From Deltaproteobacteria bacterium (lineage in GTDB: Bacteria; Desulfobacterota; Desulfobacteria; Desulfobacterales; ETH-SRB1), in assembly GCA_030272815.1 (NCBI GenBank), contig JAJSZT010000007.1, forward strand, positions 31,319 through 95,318: DNA of 64,000 nt. The letters run 5' to 3'. The notes below the pieces were generated by a model, which was not told the DNA's origin, did no database searches, and saw only the letters and a list, made by a program, of their open reading frames with translations. Shown one piece after another: positions 18,574-27,397 of this stretch (the stretch's first letter is position 1; each line of letters starts with the position of its first letter). The translations under genes were made by a program, and so were the position numbers.

Positions 18574-20853
18574 CTAACTTGATTTATCACAATACTCCAA
18601 AATTACGTCTAAAAACCCTTGTCCGTATTTTTCCATTTTTGCTGGCCCGATTCCGTGTACCTGGAGAAGTTCCGCCATGCTTTTTGGTACTGACGCTGCC
18701 ATCTCTTTCAGTGTCCGGTTTGAGGTTACCAGAAACAAGGGAATTCCTGCTGCTGTCCCGAACTCTTCTCTTTTTTGACGTAATAGCTCATAAAGCTCCG
18801 GAGAAAAATCAGTGGCTACCTCTGCAGTAGTCTTGGCCGTTATTTTGATTTCCGGCAGATTTAGAAACGCCCCCTCCTCTTTTTTCATCACCGCAATCCC
18901 TTTTTTACTGAGGGTTATAGTCGGGTAAAGATGATCTCCCTGGCGAACAAAACATCCCTGCCGATCTAACTGGTTAATAAGATCAAGGACATCTTCCTGG
19001 ATAAAATTGGACAGCAAGCCATATGTGGAAAGTCGATTCATTCCCTGTGAGGCTATCCATTTTCTTGAAGCGCCGGTAAGTACCTGGGCAACACGTGCCC
19101 GGCCAAACCGGCCCTGCATGCGCGCCACACAGCTCAATATTTTAAGGATTGTTGTTTCCTCTTCTTTTTTGTTTGTATCTGTCCTTTTTAGTTTTCTTTG
19201 AATGCACATGTCGCAGGACCCGCACCGGTCTGTTGCACTGTCGTCCCCGAAATAAGAAAGGAGAAAATCCCATCTGCACCCTCCAAAATACCCGTAAGCT
19301 ACCACTTCTTTGAGTTTTTCCAGATCATTCTCTTTTCTTTTCTCAAGGAGCTCAAAGTCTATTTCCAACTCCTTAAAGGTTGTCTGGGGCCGTACTATTT
19401 TGATGTCGCGACCGGCGGTCGGGGGTATGTATGTAATCAATCCGTCTGCTGAAAGCAGTCTGAGACCTCTAAGAAGCGCTGGTTTTTCGAGACCCGCGGT
19501 CTTTGCCAGGATATCAATTGAAACTTTTTTTCCTTTAGATCCTGCAATTCTTGACACAGCGTCAAATATCTTTTTTCGGACAGGCCCTCTTGGTTTTCCT
19601 GTGCCGGCCGCAACAAAACAAAGCCGCCTCCCCGAATACAGCCTTTCCAGAAAACCGGCCTGTTCCAGCATTTTTATGATGATCCCTGCCTGTCCGTCGC
19701 TCTGGACGGAGCTGGTCATTTCAGAAATTTCATTATTTCCAACGCTCAGATAATCCCTCCCATCACTCTTTAAGAACTCAAAGACATCATGGACTGCTTC
19801 CTGCGAAGGGTAGTTCATGTCAATAAAGAATTCCTGAATATAGTTATCCCCCATAGAAAAAAGGAGCGTGCATATTGACTTTTTTCCATCTCTTCCCGCT
19901 CTTCCTATCTCCTGATAATACGATTCTATAGAACCGGGAAACTGGTAATGGATGACCTGACGTATGTCTAATTTATCAATTCCCATCCCAAAGGCATTGG
20001 TTGCCACAATTATTTCAGTGCGTCCTGTCATGAATCGTTCCTGCACACGATTTCGTGCTTCATCGTTCATACCGGCATGGTATCCTGATGCAGGATGCCC
20101 TCGATCTTTCAACAGAGTTGCCACTTCATCCACACCTCTTCTCGTGGCGCAATATACAATTGCAGGAAGCTTCACTGAAGCAAGGGCAGACGCAAGGGCG
20201 TCTTCCTTCTCCTTTTTATTTGTACAGTGAAGCACTCTCAACAGCAGGTTTTTTCGATAAAATCCTGTTACAAACTGTCGGCAATTTTTAAGATGAAGGC
20301 TGGAGATAATATCGGATATGACGGATTCAGTGGCAGTGGCGGTAGCGCCGAGGATCTGATATGGTCCTATACGTTCCAGGATTCTTCCAAGCCGCAGGTA
20401 ATCGGGACGAAAGTCGTGTCCCCACTGGGAAATACAATGAGCTTCATCTATCGCCACAAAACTGATCCTGGAGCGGGAAAGGGTATGTAGAAACTCTTTC
20501 TGGCGAAACCGTTCCGGAGCGACATACAAAAGCTTTAACTCTCCTGCCTCAAGTCTTTTAAGCACCTGTCTTTGTTCCACCAGGGAAAGGGTGGAATTGA
20601 TGAATGATGCGGCAATCCCTCTTTTTTGAAGGACATCCACCTGATCCTTCATCAAAGCGATAAGGGGAGAAACCACAAGGGCCGTTCCATCACGGATTAA
20701 GGCAGGGAGCTGATAGCACAGCGATTTTCCTCCTCCGGTTGGCATGACCACCAGGGCATCTCTCCCCTCCAGCACTACTCTAAGCACTTCTTCCTGGCCG
20801 GAGCGGAATGAGGAGAGATCAAAATATCTTTTAAGTTCGCTTAATAGTTCCAT
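18574..20853 (-). CDS. recQ: ATP-dependent DNA helicase RecQ (long form with HRDC-type C-terminus)
   Basis: Motifs PTGGGKSLCYQLPA, DEAHCISQWGHDFRPDY and the zinc-binding CRW...C..CD.C. A C-terminal HRDC-like region follows. Confidence 0.9.
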   Translation of the reverse strand: MELLSELKRYFDLSSFRSGQEEVLRVVLEGRDALVVMPTGGGKSLCYQLPALIRDGTALVVSPLIALMKDQVDVLQKRGIAASFINSTLSLVEQRQVLKRLEAGELKLLYVAPERFRQKEFLHTLSRSRISFVAIDEAHCISQWGHDFRPDYLRLGRILERIGPYQILGATATATESVISDIISSLHLKNCRQFVTGFYRKNLLLRVLHCTNKKEKEDALASALASVKLPAIVYCATRRGVDEVATLLKDRGHPASGYHAGMNDEARNRVQERFMTGRTEIIVATNAFGMGIDKLDIRQVIHYQFPGSIESYYQEIGRAGRDGKKSICTLLFSMGDNYIQEFFIDMNYPSQEAVHDVFEFLKSDGRDYLSVGNNEISEMTSSVQSDGQAGIIIKMLEQAGFLERLYSGRRLCFVAAGTGKPRGPVRKKIFDAVSRIAGSKGKKVSIDILAKTAGLEKPALLRGLRLLSADGLITYIPPTAGRDIKIVRPQTTFKELEIDFELLEKRKENDLEKLKEVVAYGYFGGCRWDFLLSYFGDDSATDRCGSCDMCIQRKLKRTDTNKKEEETTILKILSCVARMQGRFGRARVAQVLTGASRKWIASQGMNRLSTYGLLSNFIQEDVLDLINQLDRQGCFVRQGDHLYPTITLSKKGIAVMKKEEGAFLNLPEIKITAKTTAEVATDFSPELYELLRQKREEFGTAAGIPLFLVTSNRTLKEMAASVPKSMAELLQVHGIGPAKMEKYGQGFLDVILEYCDKSS

Positions 20854-20918
20854 GGGAGGGTAAAGACAAAAAACAGCCGCTTTGTTTCATAACAAAGTTT
20901 TTATGATATACCCCGGAA

Positions 20919-21055
20919 GGTTGCAAATTGCGTTTTTTTCGGTGAGCAATGAGCATCAAGAGCAAGGCACGAAGACGCGTAATAGCAGGCTATTGCAAGC
21001 CTGAGCAACGCAGCTATTGGTGTTCATGGCCAGCGAAAAACCATAATTTGTGGCC
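20919..21055. repeat. ~137-bp palindromic MITE-like element
   Basis: Termini GGTTGCAAATTGCGTTTTTTTCG and CGAAAAACCATAATTTGTGGCC are imperfect inverted repeats. Confidence 0.55.
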
Positions 21056-21139
21056 TTTCGAGGTATATATGGTTGACGGAAATAAAATCTGCATATAGCT
21101 TGATTTGATAAAGATTACAAGATTAAAGGCATACTCCAA

Positions 21140-22984
21140 ATGATTAACGTAGAAAATATCACAAAAAGCTTCGGCAACCGAGTTCTCTTTGAAGGAGTCA
21201 GTTTTAAGATCAATCCTCGGGAGAGGGTTGGGCTTGTAGGAAGGAATGGGCACGGAAAGACAACTCTATTCAGGCTCATAGCCGGTGAAGAATCAATGGA
21301 CAATGGGGCTATTGTCATACCCCGGAATTACAGAATTAGTTATGTTCGCCAGCAGATAGAATTTACAGAAAAAACCGTGCACAAAGAAGGAATGAGGGGC
21401 CTTCCGGAATCAGAACGGGATCACCACTGGAAAGTTGAGAAGATCCTTACGGGTCTTGGCTTCTCTCAAGCCGACATGGAACGAAACCCGCTGGAGTTTT
21501 CAGGCGGATACCAGGTTCGCCTGAATCTTGCAAAAGTGCTTGTATCTGAGCCGGATCTGCTTCTACTCGACGAGCCTACCAATTATCTTGACATTACATC
21601 CATACGCTGGGTTGAGCGTTTTCTGCTTAACTGGCCGCGTGAAGTAATGCTCATTACCCATAATAGAAGCTTTATGGACAATATCATCACCCATACGGCC
21701 GGCATCCACCGCAGGAAGGTGCGCAAGATCGCAGGAAATACAGCAAAGTATTATGCCCAGCTCGCCCAGGATGAGGAGATATACGAAAAGACCCGCTCAA
21801 ACGACGAGCGGCGCAGGAAAGAGGTTGAGCAGTTCATAACAAAGTTCAGGGCCAAGGCGAGACTTGCGAACATGGTTCAGTCCAGGATTAAAACCCTTAA
21901 GAAAACAGAAAAGCGGGAAAGACTTGAAAAAATCAAGTCTCTTGATTTTTCCTTTAAAAGCAGCCCGTTTTCGGGAAAACATGTGATGACGGCCAGAGAT
22001 CTGTCCTTTTCATACCAGCCTGATAAGCCGCTTATAAGGAATTTTAACATTTCCATCGGATCTGGTGAGCGGATCTGTATTGTGGGTAAAAACGGGAAAG
22101 GCAAAACAACTCTGCTTAAACTTCTTGCGGGAGCCATTACCCCTCAACAGGGTGAGGTTACATACAACCCCCAGATCACAAAAGGGGTTTTTGAGCAGAC
22201 CAACATCAAAAGCCTGATTGACACAAGAACCATAGAAGAGGAGATGCTGAGTTCACATTCTGATGTTGACAGGCAGTCGGCCCGCAATATCTGCGGCGCC
22301 ATGATGTTTGAAGGCGATGATGCTTTAAAGAAAATCAGTGTCCTTTCAGGGGGTGAAAAAAGCAGGGTGATGCTGGGCAAGCTTCTTGTAACACCGGTAA
22401 ACCTTCTGCTTCTTGATGAACCGACCAACCACCTGGATATGGAATCATGCGATGCGCTGCTGGCTGCAATCGACAGCTTTGACGGTGTTGTGATCATGGT
22501 TACCCACAACGAGATGTTTCTGCATGCCCTTGCCCAGCGCCTGATTGTTTTCCGGAATGACCGGATTGAGGTATTTGCCGGGAGTTATGGAGATTTTCTT
22601 GAAAAAGTCGGATGGGAACATGAAAGTCCTGTGCAGAATCCCGAAGGAGAAAAAGCTGTTTTAAAATTGACAAAAAAGGAACTCAGGCGAAGACGCTCGG
22701 AAATAATCACAGAAAGGGGAAAAGCTCTCAATCCGCTCGAGCAGGGCATAGCAAAGGCGGAAAATGATATAGAAAGATTTGAAGATGAGCTTTCAGAGCT
22801 TAACCAGGCTATGCAGGAAGCATCTCAGAACCAGGACGGTAAAAAAATTGTCGAGTTTTCCCGGTCCATTCACAAGCGCCAGTCTGAAATAGACCGCATT
22901 TTTGACGAGATGGAAAAGCTTACAGGCTTTCTGGAAGAAAAGCGGGCTAAGTTCGAAAAAAAGCTGGAAGAGCTTGAAAAGTGA
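21140..22984 (+). CDS. ABC-F family ATPase (two ABC domains plus a coiled-coil C-terminus)
   Basis: Walker A motifs GRNGHGKTT and GKNGKGKTT, signature motifs FSGGYQVR and LSGGEKSR, and no TM domain. Confidence 0.9.
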   Translation: MINVENITKSFGNRVLFEGVSFKINPRERVGLVGRNGHGKTTLFRLIAGEESMDNGAIVIPRNYRISYVRQQIEFTEKTVHKEGMRGLPESERDHHWKVEKILTGLGFSQADMERNPLEFSGGYQVRLNLAKVLVSEPDLLLLDEPTNYLDITSIRWVERFLLNWPREVMLITHNRSFMDNIITHTAGIHRRKVRKIAGNTAKYYAQLAQDEEIYEKTRSNDERRRKEVEQFITKFRAKARLANMVQSRIKTLKKTEKRERLEKIKSLDFSFKSSPFSGKHVMTARDLSFSYQPDKPLIRNFNISIGSGERICIVGKNGKGKTTLLKLLAGAITPQQGEVTYNPQITKGVFEQTNIKSLIDTRTIEEEMLSSHSDVDRQSARNICGAMMFEGDDALKKISVLSGGEKSRVMLGKLLVTPVNLLLLDEPTNHLDMESCDALLAAIDSFDGVVIMVTHNEMFLHALAQRLIVFRNDRIEVFAGSYGDFLEKVGWEHESPVQNPEGEKAVLKLTKKELRRRRSEIITERGKALNPLEQGIAKAENDIERFEDELSELNQAMQEASQNQDGKKIVEFSRSIHKRQSEIDRIFDEMEKLTGFLEEKRAKFEKKLEELEK

Positions 22985-22995
22985 AAAATCACCTA

Positions 22996-23018
22996 CCACC
23001 CGTGGAACGGGTGGTTTG
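22996..23018 (+). terminator. Hairpin terminator after the ABC-F gene
   Basis: CCACCCG-tggaa-CGGGTGG followed by TTTGA. Confidence 0.5.
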
Positions 23019-23109
23019 ATGAAGACCCCTCGAAGGGGTCTAAAAGCATCACGATTTCTGCAGATTACAATCCAATATCAAGGACGTAGCCGTCAAGCTA
23101 AAAGGCTAT

Positions 23110-23213
23110 GAACGTCGAACATCGAACATCCAACATCGAATTTTGAATAAGGTATTCTGCCAATTTATAAACTGGCGGAGCGAAGCGATTTCATCGTTCA
23201 ATGTTCGATGTTC
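23110..23213. repeat. Palindromic intergenic repeat (GAACATCGAACAT-type arms)
   Basis: gaacgtcgaacatcgaacatccaacatcgaa ... ttcatcgttcaatgttcgatgttc form inverted arms. Confidence 0.6.
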
Positions 23214-23307
23214 AAAAAACGCTTTACTCTGCCGTTCAATATTCTCGCCGGAACGGTAAAACCTTTTAAAATCGCTCGGGCATAGCCCGAGGTTTAATTA
23301 AAAGCAA

Positions 23308-25149
23308 TTAGACCAGAATTTCCCCTATCTTCTTAAATAACTCCTTTATAGTACAGGGTTTCTGCATAAAACCGTCGCAGCCTCGTGCCAATATCTCCTT
23401 CGCTTCTCCGTCAAGACTGTAGCCACTTGAAAGCAAGACTTTTACACGTGGATTGATTTCCTTCATCCGGTCATAGGCCTCGCCACCACCCATATTCGGC
23501 ATAACCATATCCATAAGGACTAAGTCAATCTTGTCCCATTTTTTCTTATAAACCTCGACAGCTTCTTTTCCATCTTTGGCTGTAAGCACCTTGTAGCCTA
23601 ATGTCTCTAACAACTCTTTTCCTACCTCCAGAATCATGTCTTCATCGTCTACCAGAAGGACTGTTCCGGTTGTCCTGGTGATTTTATCTGCAGTTCTGAG
23701 AACTTTCCGGACTTTTTTCCCCGATGCAGGGAGATAAATACTGAAGGTGCTCCCATGCCCCTTCCTGGATTCCACGTCAATATATCCGCCATGGCCGGTT
23801 ATGATACCGTAAGCAGAAGCCAGGCCAAGACCAGTGCCCATGCCCATGTGCTTAGTTGTAAAAAAGGGATCAAAGATGAACTCCATAGTGCTTTTATCCA
23901 TGCCAACACCCGTGTCGGTAATTGTCAGCAAAACATAGTTTCCCGGCTTTGGATCGTATTCCTTACCCTTTATGTCTTCATGGGTCACGTTTGTGGTCTT
24001 CAAGATGAGATCCCCGCTATCCATCATCGCCTCGGCAGCATTCAGATACAGATCAAATAGGATCTGTTTAAGCTGGGCCTCGTCCGCCTCTATGGCAAAT
24101 AACCCCTCAGCAAGCTCTTTATGAATCGTAATCCCCATTTTGGTTCTACCCAAAATCTCTGAGGTTTCTTTCACCACCTGGTTAAGGTCAAGGCGCTTGA
24201 CCTCATACCTTCCCTTCCTGGCATAACCAAGAAGCTGAGCGGTGAGTTTCGAGGCGCTTCGAACCTGCTCCTCAATGCTCCTTAGCTTTTCATAATGTGA
24301 ATGCGAGGGAAGGGTATTCAAAAGCATCAAAGAGGTATTTCCCTGAATTGCCATAAGGAGGTTGTTAAAGCTATGAGCGATTCCGCCTGCAAGTTGTCCG
24401 AGAGCTTCCATCTTCCGAGCCTGCTGCAATCGTTTTTCAAGCTTTGCTTTCTGTTGTTCAAATATTCTGCGTTCAGTGATATCCCTTATGATTCCGACTG
24501 TACCCTCATACTTTTTGCCATGGCTATCTACATCAATACCATCTGGGCCAGACGAAGATATTTCTCCGCAGCTTATCTCGCCATCATTAACAGGCGCCGT
24601 GTCATAGACGTATTTCTGCTTTTCTATGTCTCGGATGGCGCCCACAGTTCCAAGAAAAGCCTTATCCTTTCTGCTGACCGCTTTATCGTATTGTCCGCTC
24701 GCCATCAGTTCTACATACACTGTTTTTGAATTTTCTACATTCTTCGAATCTTCTTCTCGTTCCCAGCCCTTTTGTATTAATCTAACAATAAAGTGTTTTG
24801 TTCCTCTTTTTTCGGTCCTTCTCTCATCAAATAGTTTTGGTGCGTTCTTATCTCCGGTTATTGATCCCTTATATCTTTTCAAAACAGTGGAACGGCTCAA
24901 AGATGCAATATCATCAGGATGAATTATCTTGCTAAAATGTTTCCCTATCAATTCTTCAGGCGAATAGCCCAGAAACTTGATAGTGTCGTTTATATAAACA
25001 AAATGCCCATCACTATCTACTTTGTAAACAATATCGGGTATTACGTCGAGCATATCAGCGTATTGCTTCAGTTGTCGTCTAACTTTCACAAAATCATCAA
25101 TAAGCTCTTTTTTTGTCTTGTCTTCATCTTTCATTTTAAGTGTTCCCAT
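23308..25149 (-). CDS. Hybrid sensor histidine kinase (PAS, HisKA, HATPase, receiver)
   Basis: Two PAS-like segments, H-box GGIAHSFNNLL, G-boxes DTGVGM/GTGLGL and a C-terminal receiver (LLVDDEDMILE...DLVLMDMVMP...K). Confidence 0.85.
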   Translation of the reverse strand: MGTLKMKDEDKTKKELIDDFVKVRRQLKQYADMLDVIPDIVYKVDSDGHFVYINDTIKFLGYSPEELIGKHFSKIIHPDDIASLSRSTVLKRYKGSITGDKNAPKLFDERRTEKRGTKHFIVRLIQKGWEREEDSKNVENSKTVYVELMASGQYDKAVSRKDKAFLGTVGAIRDIEKQKYVYDTAPVNDGEISCGEISSSGPDGIDVDSHGKKYEGTVGIIRDITERRIFEQQKAKLEKRLQQARKMEALGQLAGGIAHSFNNLLMAIQGNTSLMLLNTLPSHSHYEKLRSIEEQVRSASKLTAQLLGYARKGRYEVKRLDLNQVVKETSEILGRTKMGITIHKELAEGLFAIEADEAQLKQILFDLYLNAAEAMMDSGDLILKTTNVTHEDIKGKEYDPKPGNYVLLTITDTGVGMDKSTMEFIFDPFFTTKHMGMGTGLGLASAYGIITGHGGYIDVESRKGHGSTFSIYLPASGKKVRKVLRTADKITRTTGTVLLVDDEDMILEVGKELLETLGYKVLTAKDGKEAVEVYKKKWDKIDLVLMDMVMPNMGGGEAYDRMKEINPRVKVLLSSGYSLDGEAKEILARGCDGFMQKPCTIKELFKKIGEILV

Positions 25150-25167
25150 TACGTGTTCTAAAAAAGG

Positions 25168-25227
25168 TTCGCAGAAACTGCATCAAAATCTTGGCACATT
25201 TCTTCGCAAAAAATCGCTCAACTTAGG
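25168..25227. repeat. Partial (about 60 bp) inverted copy of the 159-bp family D repeat
   Basis: ...ctgcatcaaaatcttggcacatttcttcgcaaaaaatcgctcaacttagg is the reverse complement of the left arm of the copy at 26187. Confidence 0.75.
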
Positions 25228-25412
25228 TTAAATTAGTGTTGGGGAATCCAGATAAACCCATTTTTTGAATTAATCACAATCTGATAAATCATAAGTGGTT
25301 AAAAATCAAGAAAATTTATGAAACTCGACCTGTCAAACTGCTGGATCGTGTGCGGCATAAAATTCGATTAGGGAAGGAGTGAGCGGCAAATTTGGGTGCC
25401 CAAATGACCAAC

Positions 25413-25748
25413 TTATTTTTTTCCGAACCCTATGCAAAAACACGGCTCCTGAATCTGTTGACGACGACAGATTGGGCATTTACCGGGTTTAGACAGTCGT
25501 TCCCTCTTTTTGAACTTAAATCCGCAGCTTTTACATTCAGCAGGGATTATCACCAGGCGTTCTCCGCTTTTCTGAACTGCTATCCGAACATGCTCGAGAT
25601 GGGAAACAACCTCTTTTTCAGAAATCCCTATCTCTGCGGATATCTCCCGCGCTGACAGGGTTCGCTCTGTAAGAACAGAAATTATTTCATGACGTATCGT
25701 GTCATGCTTTTCCAACGGAACGTAAGGCTTTTTAGGTTTTATTTTCAT
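25413..25748 (-). CDS. Small transcriptional regulator, HTH fused to a zinc ribbon
   Basis: HTH-like LSAREISAEIGISEKEVVSHLEH, followed by CKSCGF...CPICR. Confidence 0.5.
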   Translation of the reverse strand: MKIKPKKPYVPLEKHDTIRHEIISVLTERTLSAREISAEIGISEKEVVSHLEHVRIAVQKSGERLVIIPAECKSCGFKFKKRERLSKPGKCPICRRQQIQEPCFCIGFGKK

Positions 25749-25755
25749 TAATCAG

Positions 25756-26133
25756 CTATTTTTTATCCTTCAGCAAAGCATCGAGACCAGCGAACGGCCT
25801 GTGGGTAGAAGGTGGCTCTTGCTCGCCACCCGGCGTCACCTCGCCATACCATTCCGCTACCTGGTCACGCGAGTGCTCATTGTCGTGACAGTATAGGCAC
25901 AGCAACTCCCAGTTGCTGCCGTCAGGCGGATTATTATCGTGGTTGTGATCTTTGTGATGGACTGTGAGCTCTCGAACTCTCTTGCCTGTGAATTCGCGCC
26001 CGCATCGCGCACAGATCCACGGGAAAAGCTTTAGCGCTCGCTCCCGATAGGTTTTCTCCCGAAGCTCCCGGTCATGCCGAGCCTCGGCAATGATCTGATC
26101 CGGCCTGTCGGTCTTCTTCTGTGACATGTGCAT
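25756..26133 (-). CDS. yajD: YajD-like HNH endonuclease
   Basis: The segment YRERALKLFPWICARCGREF...LTVHHKDHNHDNNPPDGSNWELLCLYCHDNEHS closely resembles my recollection of E. coli YajD. The gene is visibly GC-richer than its surroundings. Confidence 0.75.
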   Translation of the reverse strand: MHMSQKKTDRPDQIIAEARHDRELREKTYRERALKLFPWICARCGREFTGKRVRELTVHHKDHNHDNNPPDGSNWELLCLYCHDNEHSRDQVAEWYGEVTPGGEQEPPSTHRPFAGLDALLKDKK

Positions 26134-26186
26134 ACCCTCCGGTCTTACCCTCTGAGTTAATCAACAGGCACTTTCAGTCTTTAGAA

Positions 26187-26345
26187 CCTAAGTTGAGCGA
26201 TTTTTTGCGAAGAAATGTGCCGAGATCTTGATGCAGCAAGGTTTGTGAAAAGCGCAAGCATACCAATGGATATGTTGAGACTTTTCGCAAGTCCTTGATG
26301 CGCAAGAAATTGGTGCAGATCGAGTAAAAAATCGCTCAATTTAGG
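26187..26345. repeat. 159-bp MITE-like repeat, family D (full copy)
   Basis: Termini are CCTAAGTTGAGCGATTTTTT ... AAAAAATCGCTCAATTTAGG, with an internal hairpin TTTGTGAAAAGCG...CTTTTCGCAAG. Other full copies are at 37423-37581 (inverted) and 61733-61891. Confidence 0.85.
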
Positions 26346-26982
26346 TATAAATATGAATACAAAGAAGCAATCCCTTTTTTAGATATACTGTTGCAGTATC
26401 ATCTATCAATACGTTGCTGATTCCCCTTGTAGCGCCGAATCGTAATACATCATCTTCCAGAGGATATTTCAAACCCCGCAGGGTAACGCCGTAAGCATCC
26501 TGACCAAGAGGAACTATCGAAAGCATGTCTCCCTTTTTCCCGTTAAAGATAAGTTCGCCCTTCCCCCTTAACAAAAGAATTTCCTGATGCCCATCAATCA
26601 AACGAATTGTAACTTTGGAAAACTCTGATGCTGCTGGAAGTAATAAATTGGCTATTGTCATATCCCATCGTGCACCCAGCGCTCCCAGCACAAGAATTTC
26701 ATCATAGCCAAGGTCAAGAGCTTTGTGTAAAGCCAGCTCAAGGTCGGTCTGATCTTTGTTGATTGGATAGCTTATGATTTCTGTTCCCGATGTTTGCAGA
26801 GACTTTAAATAATCAGGATCCAAAGAGTCCAAATCTCCTATAACTATAGAAGGTTTTATGCCCAGCGCCCGGCAGTAAGTCATACCGCCATCAGCGGCAA
26901 TTATCAAATCATCAGGAAGTATGATATCGTGAACATCCTGGAGATTATTCAAAACTCCATTTGCAAATATTACAGCCCGCAA
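26341..26982 (-). CDS. thiN: Thiamine pyrophosphokinase
   Basis: Motifs ADGG...GDLDS...KDQTDLELAL are typical of TPK. The stop codon lies inside the terminus of the family D repeat. Confidence 0.75.
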   Translation of the reverse strand: MRAVIFANGVLNNLQDVHDIILPDDLIIAADGGMTYCRALGIKPSIVIGDLDSLDPDYLKSLQTSGTEIISYPINKDQTDLELALHKALDLGYDEILVLGALGARWDMTIANLLLPAASEFSKVTIRLIDGHQEILLLRGKGELIFNGKKGDMLSIVPLGQDAYGVTLRGLKYPLEDDVLRFGATRGISNVLIDDTATVYLKKGLLLCIHIYT

Positions 26983-26996
26983 AATAATTCCTCAGT

Positions 26997-27257
26997 CTAA
27001 TCCTTTAAAAATATTCGATGATATTCTTCTTCTTTAAGGTGTTTTTTCAAAATTCCAAGAATATAATTCAGTATTCCGCTGATATCATCATCGCTCAGCC
27101 TTTTAACCAGAATCCGCATCATCTCATCATCTGTGAACTTCTGAAGATATGCGATCAACGACTTCTCATCAGTGTCACGGTCCAGCCCAAATACTATATT
27201 TTCTTCATCATAATTATTTACAAAATTATGTGTGTGTTTCGACATAAACGACCCCAT
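26997..27257 (-). CDS. Small acidic hypothetical protein
   Basis: An 86-aa ORF in the pepA-thiN interval with no recognisable motif. Confidence 0.3.
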   Translation of the reverse strand: MGSFMSKHTHNFVNNYDEENIVFGLDRDTDEKSLIAYLQKFTDDEMMRILVKRLSDDDISGILNYILGILKKHLKEEEYHRIFLKD

Positions 27258-27397
27258 TCATCAGAAATTTACAAACTCAAAAAGCAAGTTGTGAACAACA
27301 TGAGGTGGCTGGCACTTAAATTTAAAACGGCTGACTGTTTGAGCCCGCTGCCCGCTTCTTCAGGTTAATTTTATGATGACTTTGTAAATTTCTGATA

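Noticed and set aside
25185-25210. Sigma-54-like TGGCAC-N-TTCGC motif inside the family D repeat arm
   Set aside because: The GG-to-GC spacing is 11 nt rather than the canonical 10, the -12 element reads TTCGC rather than TTGC, and other copies have CGGCAC. The evidence is too weak to call.
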